A stretch of 64,000 bases of DNA from Octopus sinensis. Taxonomy: Eukaryota. A model generated the notes under the pieces. The model saw only the letters and a list, made by a program, of their open reading frames with translations, searched no databases and had not been told where the DNA came from. This document shows, one piece after another, positions 13,011-27,102 of the stretch. How positions within the stretch are numbered: the stretch's first letter is position 1; the number at the start of each line of letters is the position of its first letter. A program made the translations under genes and the position numbers. Location of the stretch: NCBI RefSeq assembly GCF_006345805.1, contig NC_042998.1, positions 203,608,001 through 203,672,000 on the forward strand, read 5' to 3'.

Positions 13011-13524
13011 GTCAGTGAAATATTCATCCAGGACTTGTTTGGGTGTTGTGAGATCTTTCTCTTCTCTTATGTGTCTTGGTTTGATGTTTAAAGAGATAAA
13101 GGCAAGCTGAGGAGAAATAGTTCTGTCTTATCATTGCAATGTGATGTGAGCTCGATTTTTGTAGAGGGCGGATAGGTGTGTATGTGTGTGTGTGTGTGTG
13201 CATGTGTATTACAAGCTCCTTGCCTTGACATTGTATGATAGCTGTAAAAGAGTGTCACTGTTATACAGGTGGGGTTCTTCATTTCCAATCTTCCATAAAA
13301 ACATATCTGGTCACAAAGAGTTATTACCATGTTTGGAAACCAGTGAGGGTTAGCACCAGGAAAGGCATCCAACCGTAGAAAATTTGCCATGGACAGGAAA
13401 CGATGTTTTACACCAATTAAATTTTGTCTTTTTCCCTTTGTTGTTAAATGTTGGTGTTTTTGTCATGGAATTTGAATCTAGCTTTGACATTTTTTTTTTT
13501 TCTCTCTCTTTTTGTTATCTCCAG

Positions 13525-13578
13525 GCAATTGAGTTCAACCTGAAGGCCTTAAATACCAGTCGAGCGATTGGAAGCAAA
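13525..13578 (+). CDS. RAPSN: Rapsyn exon, AIEFNLKALNTSRAIGSK
   Basis: Acceptor tttgttatctccag, donor gtaaag, 54 nt phase 0/0. Fills the gap equivalent to human ALDAIERAQDLAEEVGNK. Confidence 0.85.
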
Positions 13579-13619
13579 GTAAAGAATTTAATCATTTTTT
13601 CTGTCCCACCATCACACGC

Positions 13620-14055
13620 AAACACACATTACACACACACACACACTATGCACACACACACTACACACTACACACACACGCTACACACACACACACACAC
13701 ACACTATACACACACACACTATACACACACTACATACACACATTACACACACACACACTACATGCACTACACATACACACACACACTACACACACACACG
13801 CTACACATACATACATACACACACTACACACACACACACACATTACACACACACACACACACTACACATACACACTACACACACACACTACATATACACA
13901 CACACTACACACTGCATATACACACACACACACATTACACACACTACACACACACACACACATCACACACACACTACACATACACACACACGCACACTAC
14001 ATGCACAGACTACACACACACGCTACGCACACACACACACACACACACACAACAC
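13620..14055. repeat. Degenerate (CA)n/(CACTA)n array
   Basis: Direct reading. Confidence 0.95.
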
Positions 14056-14277
14056 GCGTTACCATTGTGTCCTTCCTAACTTCCCTGGTATTTCATTGTT
14101 TAATACAAAACCTTGCTTTCTTTCCACCCTTTGGCATTTAAACTGACCATTTCCTTCCCAAATATTCTTATTTGTTTTATGTTCAAACTGGTCAGATCCA
14201 GCCTCTTAGACCTACCCTACAATGTCATTATAAAAATAAACAATTACTGGGATAATATAGGATTAATTCAACCCAAT

Positions 14278-14695
14278 CATCATCATCATCATCGTTTAAC
14301 GTCCGTTCTCCATGCTAGCATGGGTTGGACGGTTCGACTGGGGATCTGGGAAGCCAGAAAGGCTACACCAGGCTCCAGTCTGATCTGGTAGAGTTTGTAC
14401 TGCTGGATGCCCTTCCTAACGCCAACCACTCCGTGAGTGTAGTGAGTGCTTTTTATGTGCCACCTGCACAGGTGCCAGACGGGGTTGGCAACGGCCACGG
14501 TCGATTGGTGCATTTTACATGCAACCAGCACGGAAGCCAGTCGAGGCGGCACTGGCATTGGCCACGATTCGGATGGTGCTTTTTACGTGCCACTGGCACG
14601 GAAGCCAGTCGAGGCGGCACTGGCATTGGCCACGATTCGGATGGTGCTTTTTACGTGCCACTGGCATGGAAGCCAGTCGAGGCGGCGCTGGCGTG
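14278..14695 (-). mobile_element. SINE-like family C with (GAT)n tail and internal ~62-bp tandem repeats (many copies, e.g. 5152-5580, 15850-16190, 21340-21790, 25125-25600)
   Basis: Conserved TGGCGTTAGGAAGGGCATCCAGC core and tail CATGGAAAACGGACGTTAAACGATGATGATG on the - strand. Confidence 0.85.
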
Positions 14696-16245
14696 AATAA
14701 ATAAAGATTACAAAAAAACAGAGAAATCTGAAAAACCAAAGGATTAGACATTTCAGAGTATTTCCAGGCTTAAGCTGCTCTTTTACTCTCTTGCAACCAT
14801 TCCATTTAATGGCTGCTGGAAGCTAAGAATTTTGTCTTTTGCAAAATAGTGTTTTCTTCAAATAATTTGGATCAATCTTCTTCGTTTACATTCTTCATTA
14901 ATTTTCTGACTTTTTTATAAAAAATGTTTGAAAACTGGCAGAGACGTAGCTGTGTGGTAAGAAGTTTGCTTACCAACCACACGGTTCTGGGTTCAGTCCC
15001 ATTGTGTGGCACCTTGGGCAAGTGTCTTCTACTATAGCCCCGGGCTGATCAAAGCTCTGTAAGTGGATCTGGTTGACAGAAGCTGAAAGAAGCCCCTTTC
15101 AAATAATATATCTTTTGTATCTAGTTATGAAGCAGTGGTGGTGGTGGGAGGGGGGATCATCCCCGTAACTTTGCAGTTCAGCATAAAGAAAAAAGAAACT
15201 GATAAAATGAGTTCCAGACTTTAAAAAACCCAAACCATAAGTACTGGAGATGACTAAACACTTGTCAAGGCAGTGCCCCAGCATGGCCACAGTCTAATGA
15301 GACTGAAAGAAGTAAAAGAAAAAAAAAACAATAATATTTACTGTTAGAATAATCCTTATTTAGATCCATGGCAACCCTTGATGATGGATTAAATCTTTGG
15401 TCAAAGGCATTTTGTCCCTTCACCATCAGTTTTCAGTGACCTAGTATACCTAGGAATACATTATTTAATGTATCCTGATGTGAACTGAGGGTTTGTCAGA
15501 TCCTTTTAGGCCAGGTGACTTACATAGAGGCCCCCATGGGCTTAAATGCTTAGATGTGATAAGATTTATATGTACCAGTCATAAAATTGGGTTGATTTAA
15601 TTGATTATATCGTATCCCACTAAACATGTATCTTTGGATCAATGTTAGAAACCCCTGTTTACATCCATGGGCATCGAAATGGCCCTGAAGATTTTGTCTG
15701 CATTTGTTGGTTCTTGGAAATATTCTATTGTGTGGCTTTTTGTTGGCTCTTATTATGGAGGGTACCCCACCCCAGTGCCATCAGTTACACCATGCTTCAC
15801 CAGCTGTCTCTAGTTATTAATAATATCATAATGATATTATTAATAACTAGAGACTGGCTTCTGTGCCATAAAAAGCACCATCCGAACGTCGCCGATGCCA
15901 GCGCCGCCTCGACTGGCTTCTGTGCCAGTGGCACATAAAAAGCACCATCCAAACGTGGCCGTTGCCGGCGCCGCTTTGGCTGGCTTCCGTGCCGGTGGAA
16001 CGTTAAAAGCACCAACCGATCGTGGCCGATGCCAGACTCCCCTGGCACCTGTGCAGGTGACACGTAAAAAGCAACCACTACACTCGTGGAGTGGTTGGCG
16101 TTAGGAAGGGCATCCAGCCGTAGAAACACTGCCAGAAAAGACTGGAGCCTGGTGCAGCCTCCTGGCTTCCCAGACCCCGGTCGAACTGTCCAACCGGGGT
16201 ACTTACCACACAGCCGCTCCTATGCCTCTATACTATTGGAGAACT

Positions 16246-16660
16246 TCAGAAAGGATGGCAGATTTGAAGGATGTGGTGTTCCCAACAGCTGACAACTGAT
16301 GCAGGTAGTTTATTCCATGCTTCTGCAGTTCTAAGAATTGCAAAAATGTTCCTAAAAGTCATCGGGGTGCTGTGATGTTTTTTGATTTTGTAAGCATGTC
16401 CATGGGTGTTTGAGGTATGGAATTCAAAAAGGTGCGCAAGATTGTTGTTGTAAAGATGGTGGATAATCTTGTGGGTGTCTACGAAGTCGGCTGCCAGGCA
16501 TCTGAGCTTTGTGTCCATTCTCAGGGAAGCAAGATGTTCAGAGTATGGTAGACATCTGGGCTTGGTTCAGTTTTGGTGACAAATTTTGGGCAGTCAACCC
16601 ATTGGTTGATAATGCTGTCAACTCAGCTGAACAAGGCACTTTTCAAGAAAGCAGACGTGT
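16246..16660 (-). mobile_element. CR1-type LINE 3' fragment (same family as 8060-8680)
   Basis: LAADFVDTHKII...NTHGHAYKIKK...AEAWNKLPASVV. Confidence 0.8.
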
Positions 16661-17084
16661 TGACAGTGAAATTCTTGGATTTATGATTCATCTAGCATTT
16701 ATGATTTTAAATGGTAGAACTAACTTCTCCCTTTGATGTGAAAAGTAAAGGAAACAAAAGATGGGTTTAACGTTTTGAGATTCACTCATCTCTACATCTA
16801 TAAATATAGTTGCTAACAAGGCAGTCTCTATGTGGTCTCTCAACAAGCTAGAAATAGCAGTCAAATCTCTCTCAGATTATATCCTACTCTTTCTATAAAA
16901 AGAGGAAGGTTACATTAGTATAGACCAGGATTTCTTTGATTATAGATCTGCCTGATAAGGGTTGGCCCATTTCCAAATAACTGTCTCTGTAAACTGGAAT
17001 TTGGTACTTTTTCTTTTCTTTTTTATGAATCATTTACATACTGATTAATTAATTAATTCTATTTATTTTTTTTTTCCCCACCAG

Positions 17085-17284
17085 TTGATAATGTTGAAGT
17101 GTCATGAAAATTTAAAGGGCTTATTTGGCTGGCTAAATGAGAAAGACAAATCTGCCCTCCACGATCGATATGCCCAACAGCTGATTCTAGAAATGGACTT
17201 AAGGTGTGATGTGTGTGGTGAGACAATTGGTAACGTCCGAGCCCGTCTTGATCATCTTTCATGTGGCCATATTATACACAACAG
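17085..17284 (+). CDS. RAPSN: Rapsyn exon, coiled-coil region plus N-terminal part of RING-H2 (CDVCGETIG...LSCGHIIHNR)
   Basis: Acceptor ttttttccccaccag, donor gtgaac, 200 nt phase 0/2. Matches human [27 protein letters not shown]. Confidence 0.93.
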
Positions 17285-20200
17285 GTGAACAATCTACTTT
17301 CTCTCTTTCCTTTATTCACATCTCACCTTCCTCGTCTGTTAATTTGTACTCGGGTATTTTTGCATGTGGGTGCCAGTTAAAAAGCACCGCTGCTGGTGCC
17401 ACATGCAATGCATCATCATCATCATCATCGTCGTCGTTTAACGTCCGCTTTCCATGCTGGCATGGGTTGGACGATTTGACTGAGGGCTGGCGAACCAGAT
17501 GGCTGCACCAGACTTCAATTTTGATCTGGCAAAGTTTCTACAGCTGGATGCCCTTCCTAACACCAACCACTCCGAGAGTGTAGTGGGTGCTTTTACATGC
17601 CACCGGCACGGGGCCATTCAGGCGGTACTGCCAACGACCTCACTCGAATCTTTTACATATGCCAACAGCACAGGTGCCAGTAAGGTGATGCAGGTAACGA
17701 TCACGCTCAAATGGTGTCTTTTACGTGCCACCAGCAGGGAGGCCAGATAGCTGCTCTGGTAACAATCACACTCAGATGGTGCTCTTAATACCCTACTAGC
17801 ACATAAAAAAAACCACCCAATACACTCTGTAAAATATTTGCCATTAGGAAGGGCATCCAGCTGTAGAAACAGACAAATGGAGCTTGGTGCAGCTCTTGGC
17901 CTCGACAGGTGCTCTTACACTTTTTTCAAACTCTCTGCATCTTGCCTGACGAGAAGAACCCTTTTGTTACCCCACAAAAGCAACAACTCCTTAAACTGCC
18001 GTCCACACTTTCTACTCAAGTGACTAGCCCTTCACAGCATTTACTTTGATTCCCCAGATAACATAAAAATTACACTCTGCTTGTCATTTTGGGTCATCCT
18101 GGCAATTCATTCCTCTAGTTGCACCCTTCCATATCTCAAGTCCTGGTCTTCTTTCATACCCCCAATAAACCCTTAACACACTTTACTTGTACCTGCTTGA
18201 GCAAAGTAATGCTTTTACCTGTGGACCAAAATTCCAGCTTCCAAATTTAACAAATGCCCCACTGGAAACGCTGGCACATTGGACAGTGTGGACACTGTAA
18301 CCATAGTCATCACTTGCTGTTGAGGGGTAGGTTTCATGTTTGGAATTTCAATGGGAATACAAGTTCACTTATGGTTCCCAGTCACATACACACTTTGGGA
18401 TAGTATGATCCATAGCAGCTAATTTCTCCCTCAATTGTCAACCATCACAGAGGATCCACTGACCAAGTCACTACCAATTGTCAGAGCAGATGTAGCCCAG
18501 GTTTGAAATGGAAGGTTTACATACTAATTGACCCATAGCTGGAACCCTAACTGGTGCTACTACTGTATTTCATTAAATTTGCCATGGAGACAGGACACAG
18601 GTTAGAGAGCTTTGTGGGCTGGACAAGACATTAATGAAATGAAATGAATATGTCAGAGTAGACCTGGGAACAATTGTGGCCAAGAGATGGCCCCACATTC
18701 CTCAAAACCTTGGAACTCCTGTACCCTTAACATAGTTCTCTGGGAGATTCAGCATGACACAGAATGTGACAAGACTGGCCCCTTTGAAATACGGGTACAA
18801 CTCCTTTTTTTGCCAACTGAGTGGACTAGAGTAATAAAGTGTATTGTTCAAAGACATAACACACCACCAGGAATTGAACTCATACACTCATAATTTGAAT
18901 ACCCAAACCACTTAGCCATGTGTCTTCACTACCAATAGTTCTAGGGATTACCTCTGACCCATCAACTAAATTCATAACTAAACTTGTTGTGCCGCTGGCT
19001 GATGCCAGTGCCACTTTGGCTGGTTTCCGTGCCAGTGGCATGTAAAAAGCACCAACCGATCGTGGTCGATGCCAGCTCCTCTGGCCCCTGTGTCAGTAGC
19101 ACATAAAAAGCACCCACTACACTCTTGGAGTGGTTGGCGTTAGGAAGGGTATCCAGATGTAGAAACGCTGCCAGATCAGATTTGGGCCTGGTGCAGCCTC
19201 CTGGCTTCCCAGACCCCATTCGAACCGTCCAACCCATGCCAGCATGGAAAACGGACGTTAAACGATGATGATGATGTTCACAACCTCATCCCTCATGAAC
19301 CATTTATCTATTTGTTTCTTTAATGTTTACTAGACTACAAAACATGGGGCTAACGGGGGTGGGGCTGTTAATGAGGCAATCTTTGTCAGTCACTAGAGAT
19401 AGCACCACCTTCTATTACTTCCCCTTTCCTGATGTCGTTAACCTCAGGGCATTATTGTCTTGAGTCTTAGGACCCATAAGGTCGGTTACTTGTTTTCCAT
19501 GGTATCTAAGTGACTCAGATCATAACTGTCCCCTTGAATGAGACCCCCTGGTCCATTGCAGGATTACTCATTCTGGCCAGCTGAGTGGACTGGAGCAACA
19601 TGAAAAGAAAGGGTTTTGCGCAATAGCACAACATGCTACCCTGTCCATGAATTGAAACCACAATCTTTTGATCACGAGTGGTGTGCCCCTAACCACTAAG
19701 CCAACAAGTAATTAGTATTTGGCCTATACACAACGATTCCTTACAATACCCTAAGTAATTATCCTCGACGGCCATTTTACTTTCTCTACTTTGGTTTTCT
19801 CAAGAGTCTTATTAACAATTGCTTAATGAGCTCCAAATATAATTAATCCATTTAATTGACTCTTTGTTTCTCAAACGAAGTAATAACAATTACTATAATC
19901 TAATAACACTGTTAAATATACCTTTGTGTTTGTATATAACTATATATATGTATATATATGTATATATACAAGGCGGCGAGCTGGCAGAAACGTTATCACG
20001 CCGGGCGAAATTCGTGGCCGTATTTCGTCTGCCATTACGTTCTGAGTTCAAATTCCGCCGAGGTCGACTTTGCTTTTCATTCTTTCGGGGTCGATAAATT
20101 AAGTACCAGTTGCACACTGGGGTCGATGTAATCGACTTAATCCGTTTGTCTGTCCTTGTTTGTCCTCTCTGTGTTTAGCCCCTTGTGGGTAGTAAAGAAA

Positions 20201-20651
20201 TATATATATATATATGTATATATATGTGTGTACCTTTGTGATCACATGATCAACCACACTATTCGATGTTTTATATGTGTCTGTGTGCATACATGTATAT
20301 ATACGTGCATCTGCATGTATATATATAGATATGTGTGTATTGAAGACGGCAAGCTGGCAGAAACATTAGCACGCCGAGCGAAAAGCTTATCGGTATTTCG
20401 TCTGTCGTTACGTTCTGAGTTCAAATACCGCCGAGGTCGACTTTGCCTTTCATCCTTTTGGGGTTGATTAAATAAGTACCAGTTATGCACTGGGGTCAAT
20501 ATAACCAACTTAATCCGTTTGTCTGTCCTTGTTTGTCCCCTCTGTGTTTAGCCCCTTGTGGGCAATAAAGAAATATATATATATATAGATATGTGTGTAT
20601 ATATGTAATATAAGTATATATTTTCTCTCTTTTTTTTCTTTATTTCTTTAG

Positions 20652-20757
20652 ATGTGCTAGTCATTTAAGTCGTTCTACCCTTGGAAGATCCAACCGGAAA
20701 CGGCCATGTCCATCTTGTCGACGCAAATCTTTCCTTGACCCATTGTGTTATGCGTAA
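20652..20757 (+). CDS. RAPSN: Rapsyn last coding exon, (R)CASHLSRSTLGRSNRKRPCPSCRRKSFLDPLCYA*
   Basis: Acceptor ttatttctttag; phase 2 is compatible with the previous exon; supplies the last RING ligands (C...CPSC); TAA at 20755-20757. Confidence 0.9.
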
Positions 20758-21799
20758 CACTAACATTAACAATAATTTAATGCTACACAAAATTAACGAT
20801 GATGACAATATTAATAATAATAATTATTATTACTACAATAAAACTGTTATAGTAAAACCAAAAACGAATTATTTCTTTAATTATTGAAAATGACAAAAAG
20901 AAGAAAAAAGAAAAAAATGAGATTATTTTCAAGTTAAAAAAAAACAATAACAAATCCAAAAAAATATTAACAAAAAACAATAAAATTCTGGTCATTCACC
21001 AAAATTCTGAACCATTTTTCCAAAATGCACAAAGAAAGAAATCTATATTACATCTAATTAATTGGAAGGGTTTATTTAAAATTACCAAAATGCCTTTAAT
21101 TTATTAAATCTTCACTCACTGCCTTTGATCCTTATATTTAAAAAAAAAAATATTAAATAAATATAAAAAAAAAATTGATCAATTTGAAATTTCCAGCAGA
21201 AAATTGTCTGTGTATTTATGTTTGATATTTGTTTTGTTGTGATAACTTTAAACCAGGGTTTCTTGACTATACCATAGTCCATATGGCCCTTAGGGGTTGA
21301 ACTACGATACACAAAATATTTTAACAATTTTTTTTATACATCATCATCATCATTGTTTAGCATACGCTTTCCATGGGTTGGACGATGTGACTGAGGACTG
21401 GTGAACCAGATGGCTGCACCAGGCTCCAATCTTGATCTGTCAGAGTTTCTGCTGCTGGATGCCCTTCCTAACGCCAACTATTCCAAGAGTGTAGTGGCTG
21501 CTTTTACATGCCACCGGCATGAGGGCCAGTCAGGTGGTGCAAGCAACAGCCACGCTCAAATGGTGTTTTTACGTGCCACCTGCACAGGAGCCAGTCTAGA
21601 GACACTGGCAACGACCTTGCTCGAATGGTTTTTTCACATGCCACCGGCACAAGTGCCAGTAAGGCGACGTTGGTAACGGTCACACTTGAATGGTGCTTTT
21701 TATGTGCCACTGGCACGGAAACCAGTTAGCCGCTTTAGCAACGATCACACTCGGATGGTGCTCTTAGTGCTCCACTAGTACGGATGCCAGTCATCGAAT

Positions 21800-22180
21800 T
21801 TGATTTCGATTTCACTTGCCTCAACAGGTCTTCACAAGCAGAGTTTAGTGTCCAAAGAAGGAAAAGGTATGCACAAGTGGGCTGGTTACACCCCTGGCAC
21901 TGGCCACGAGGTTATGGTCTCACTTGGCTTGCCGGGTCTTCTCAAGCACAGCATATTTCCAAAGGTCTCAGTCACTAGTTATTGCCTCAGTGAGACCTAA
22001 TGTTCAAAGGTCGTGCTTCACCACTTCATCCCAGGTCTTCCTAGGTTTACCTCTTCCACAGGTTCCCTCAACCGCTAGGATGTGACACTTTTTCACACCG
22101 CTATCCTCATCCATTCTTTCCACATGACCATACCAGCGCAGTCATCTCTCTTGCACACCACATCTGCTTTTACAATTCCT
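21800..22180 (-). mobile_element. RTE-type LINE 3' fragment
   Basis: Nucleotide similarity to 34270-34790 (ccaaaggtctcagtcac, ctacctcttccacaggttccc, catccat...catacca). Confidence 0.7.
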
Positions 22181-24705
22181 AGCAACGTCTTATAGAATAA
22201 GGAGAAGACCTGTTGAGTCAAGTGAAATCATAGTGATGGCCAATGCCAGGGCCACTTGACTGGCACCTGTGCTGGTGGAACATGATAAGGACAATTTCGG
22301 TATGGGTTGATGCCACGTAAAAAGCACCCACTACACTCTTGGAGTGGTTGGCGTAGGGAAGGCATCCAGTTGTAGAAACCTTGCCAGATCAGATTGGAGC
22401 CTGGTGCAACCTCCTGGCTCGCCAGTCCTCAGTCAAACCGTCCAACCCATGCCAGCATGGAAAATGGACGTTAAATGATGATGATGAAGGGTTTTTTTTA
22501 AACACTGAATGGCTATGAGAGTGCGCTCAAGCAAAAAAGGGATCAAAAGGTCCATAGGGGAAAAAAATGGGTTGAGAGCCACTGTTTTAACTAATACATG
22601 TGTGTGTGTATGTAAATGTGTGTGGCGTAGTGGTTTGGGTGTTGAGCTCACAATCACCAAATTGTGGGTTCAATTTCCTGAGTGGGCAGTGGATAGCATT
22701 CTTGAGCAAGTCACTTCATCTTCTGTTGCTCTGCCATCAGAATGGTTTACACAAAATGTCTTATTGTGTCCTGGGTCAGACATCAAACTACATCCAGTAG
22801 TGGGGCCTCTGTACAGGAGTGATTTACAGCAAAGTAAATCAGAGTCTCTTGATGGTCAACAAGCAGAAACTTCGAAGTCACTGTCGATCTTTCCCTTGTA
22901 AAGGTTATTATTTATGTCATGCCGTGTAAAACATTATTCCCCATTTGCTGTTGAGAAGATGGTATTGAGAGAGACTTTATATAAAAATTCTTGGTGCAGA
23001 ATGACAAAATGGTCAAGGAATTTGCTTCACTATCACAGAGTCCTGGGTTCAATCACACTGCATAACCTTTTGAACAAATGCAATTTTCTGTAGCCTTGGA
23101 TTGATCCATGTCTTGTGAGTGAAACTGGGTAAATGGGAAACTGTACAGAAGCCCTTCATCTGAATTGTACCTGTACAGTAATCCCTCACCATATCGGGGT
23201 TTTATTATTTAAGCTTATGTCGATTCCTCCATGGTGTTGTTTTGCATTTATAATAAAATGAATATATAGGCGCAAGAGTGGCTGTGTGGTAAGTAGCTTG
23301 CTAACCAACCACATGGTTCCGGGTTCAGTCCCACTGCGTGGCATCTTGGGCAAGTTTCTTCTGCTATAGCCCCGGGCCAACCAATGCCTTGTGAGTGGAT
23401 TTGGTAGACGGAAACTGAAAGAAGCCTGTCGTATATATGTATATATATATATATATATGTATGTGTGTTTGTGTGTTTGTCCCCCTAGCATTGCTTGACA
23501 ACTGATGCTGGTGTGTTTACGTCCCTGTCACCTAGCGGTTCGGCAAAAAGAGACCGATAGAATAAGTACTGGGCTTACAAAGAATAAGTCCCGGGGTCGA
23601 TTTGCTCAACTAAAGGCAGTGCTATAGCATGGCCGCAGTCAAATGATTGAAACAAGTAAAAGAATAAAGTACCATTTCTGTGTTGCAGATTTCCACCTAC
23701 AACAGGGGTTTTTGGAACATAACACCCACAATAGTCAAAGGATTACTGGAATTCCTCTTTGTTGCACTAATTCTGAGGATTACATTAAATATAACAAAGA
23801 ATTTAGTAAAATAGCTTCGTTATCATTAAGCTAGTATTAGGGACATAAATTTTGACTAAGGTTTGGTGGAAGATTTTAATTCAAAACTTTAAAAAATTAA
23901 GACATTTGTATTACAGAGCCAGAGATGGTTTCAGCCAGGTTGGTAACGAAAGGGTTAAGAATTGTTTCTCTATTATATATTTTAACCCTTTTGTTACCAT
24001 ATTTCTGCTGAGATGCTCTGTGTTTCTTTCAATCATTTTAAAATATAACAAAGAATTTAGTAAAATAACTTAGTTAACATTCAGTTAGTGTTTAGGAACA
24101 TAAATTGTGACTAAGGTTTGGTGGAAGATTTTAATTCAGAACTTATGAAAACAAGACATTTGTATTACAGAGCCAGAGCCGGTTTCAGCCAGGTTGGGAT
24201 CAAAAGGTGTGTGGAGTACTGAGCCACTTATATAATATTTCAGGAGCAGGTAATTCAGTTGAACAACAGAATCCTCATCATTGAGTGATGAGAGATGAGC
24301 CAACCACCACATGAAAACTATTTCATCCCAACACTCAATTTGTCTGTTTAATAACAGCTTCTGATTGGTTGGTTCAAATGTCCAATCAAAAGCTGTGTCT
24401 TATCTTTTTTTGGTTATGCCCAATCGGCTGAAATATAATGTTCTTCAAATGTATGTGTGTGTGTGTTAGCTGAAGGAAACCATGTATGGAAGAAGCAGTG
24501 AGTGAAAATCCTCAGTGTGTGTGGCATGAAAATTTGAACATATGTTAGTGTGTGTGTGTGTGTAAATGGGAAATGTCAATTGAGAGTCTGTTTAGTTTAT
24601 TGAAGTGTGTGTTTGTGTATAAACATTGGTTATTGTGCATCAGCATAGTGTTTCTGTGCTACAAGCATGCGTATGCACTTGTATGCATGTAAATAAGAAT
24701 CTAAA

Positions 24706-24868
24706 TCCGCAGGAGTGGCTGTGTGGTAAGTAGCTTGCTTACCAACCACATGGTTCCGGGTTCAGTCCCACTGCGTGGCACCTTGGGCAAGTGTCTTCTA
24801 CTATAGCCTCGGGCCAACCAAAGCCTTGTGAGTGGATTTGGTAGACGGAAACTGAAAGAAGCCTGTCG

Positions 24869-24899
<31 letters not shown>

Positions 24900-25100
24900 T
24901 TGTGTGTCTGTATTTGTCCCCCTAGCATTGCTTGACAACCGATGCTGGTGTGCTTATGTCCTCGTTACTTAGCGGTTCGGCAAAAGAGACCAATAGAATA
25001 AGTACTGGGTTTACAAAAGAATAAGTCCTGGGGTCGAGTTGCTCGATTAAAGGCGGTGCTCCAGCATGGCTGCAGTCAAATGACTAAAACAAGTAAAGAG
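24706..25100 (+). mobile_element. tRNA-derived SINE family A, representative copy (others include ~3400-3780 -, 23270-23665 +, 37875-38285 -, 53925-54390 -)
   Basis: GCAGGAGTGGCTGTGTGGTAAG...GGTTCAGTCCC head, internal (TA/TG)n linker, tail ending GACTGAAACAAGTAAAAGA; many copies across the window. Confidence 0.88.
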
Positions 25101-27102
25101 TAAGTGGATCATATACACATGCAGATATCATCATCATTGGCATTTAATGTCTGCTTTCCATGCTAGCATGGGTTGGACAGTTTGGCTGAGGACTGGTGAG
25201 CCAGGAGGCTGCACCAGGCTCCAGTCTGATCTGGCAGTGTTTCTACAGCTGGATGCCCTTCCTAACGCCAACCACTTTGAGAGTGTAGTGGGTGCTTTTT
25301 ATGAGCCACCGGCATGAGGGCCACTCAGGTGGTTCTGGCAATGATCATGCTCAAAAGGTGTTTTTTATGTGCTACCTGCATGGGAGCTAGTCCTGCAGCA
25401 CAAGCAATGACTGCACTTGAATGTTGTTTTTACGTGGCAGTAAGGCGATGCTGGCAACGATCATGTTCGAATGGTGCTTTTTACATGCCACCAGCACGGG
25501 GGGCGAATCTGTGGTCCTGGCAACAATCACTCTCGGATGTGCTTTTGACGTTCCACTGGCACGAGTGCCAATCAGGCCGTACTCTCATCGGCCACGTCAG
25601 CAATTTTGATTTATATGTACATATATTTATGCACACGCACATATAAATGTGTAGAGGAAGTTGTTAACAGGACTGAATGTGTGTGTGTGTGTGCATTTAT
25701 GTCTTTAATAGTTTCAATATGCAAAGAAGCATATGTTAATGTCTGTGTCTGCGACATCATATAAATGTATGCAATCAGTGTAAAAGGGTGTATACAAGAG
25801 TGTGTGAATGAATCTCTCTCTCTCTCTTTCCCTCCCTCGTCCTTTCTCTTATCCCTTCCCCCCACTCCCTCTCTCTCACGTTAGATTCATACAAACATAA
25901 CAACAACAAGCGAATGTATGTCAACACATGTTTGGGGCTGAGTTATTTTTACGAACCTCTCTTCTTTCCCTTCTCCCCAAAGGAATATCTGTTATACATG
26001 GGCAAAGGCATGGCTGTGTGGTAAGGAGTCTGCTTCCCAACCACATGGTTCAAGGTTCAGTCCCACTGTGTGGCACCTTGGGCAAGTATCTTCTACTATA
26101 GCCTTGAACTAACCAAAGCCTTGTGAGTGGATTTGGTAGAAGGAAACTGAAAGAAGCTCCTTGTAGTATAAATATGTGTGTGTATATATGTGTGTGTGTG
26201 TTTGTGCCCCACCACTGTCTGACAACCAATGTTGGTTTGTTTACAGCCTCATATCTTGTGGTTCAGCAAAAGAAACCAAGAAAACAAGTACCAGACTTTA
26301 AAAAAAGGGGCTGGGATTGATTCCTTCGACCATAAATTCTTCAAGACCTTCCCCCAACATGGCTGCTGTCTAATGACTGAAACAAGTAAAAGAGGTGCTT
26401 CTGGCCAATGAGTCTGACCAGTCACCTGGGCAGTTAAGCACTTTATAAGTGTGAAACCAATGGTCACTGTCTGACCAGCCATAATAAACAACCTTCTAGA
26501 TATATATATATATATATATATACATATACTCTTTTACTTGTTTCACTACGGCCATGCTGGAGCACCGCCTTTAGTCGAGTAAATCGACCCCAGGACTTAT
26601 TTCTTTGTAAGCCTCGTACTTATTCTATCGGTCTCTTTTGCCGAACCACTAAGTTACGGGGATGTAAACACCACCAGCATCGGTTGTCAAGCGATGTTGG
26701 GGGGACAAACACAGACACACAAACATATACACATACACATACATACATACACACACACATATATATATCTCACAGAGTGGTTGGCGTTAGGAAGGGCACC
26801 CAGCTGTAGAAACACTGCCAAATCAGACTGGAGCCTGGTGCAGCCTCCTGGCTTCCCAGACCCCGGTCAAACCGTCCAATCCATGCTAGCATGGAAAACG
26901 GACGTTAAACGATGATAATATATATATACAATAGTCTTCTTTAAGTTTCCGTCTACCAAATCCATTCACAAGGCTTTGGTTGGCCCGCGGCTATTGTAGA
27001 AGACACTTGCCCAAGGTGTCACGCAGTAGGACTGAACCTGGAACCATGTGGCTGGTAAGCAAGCTACTTACCACACAGCCACTCCTACACCTATTGCATA
27101 TA

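Noticed and set aside
14430-14695. Regularly spaced repeats that superficially resemble a CRISPR array
   Set aside because: Eukaryotic context, no unique spacers and no cas genes; they are tandem units within a SINE-like element.
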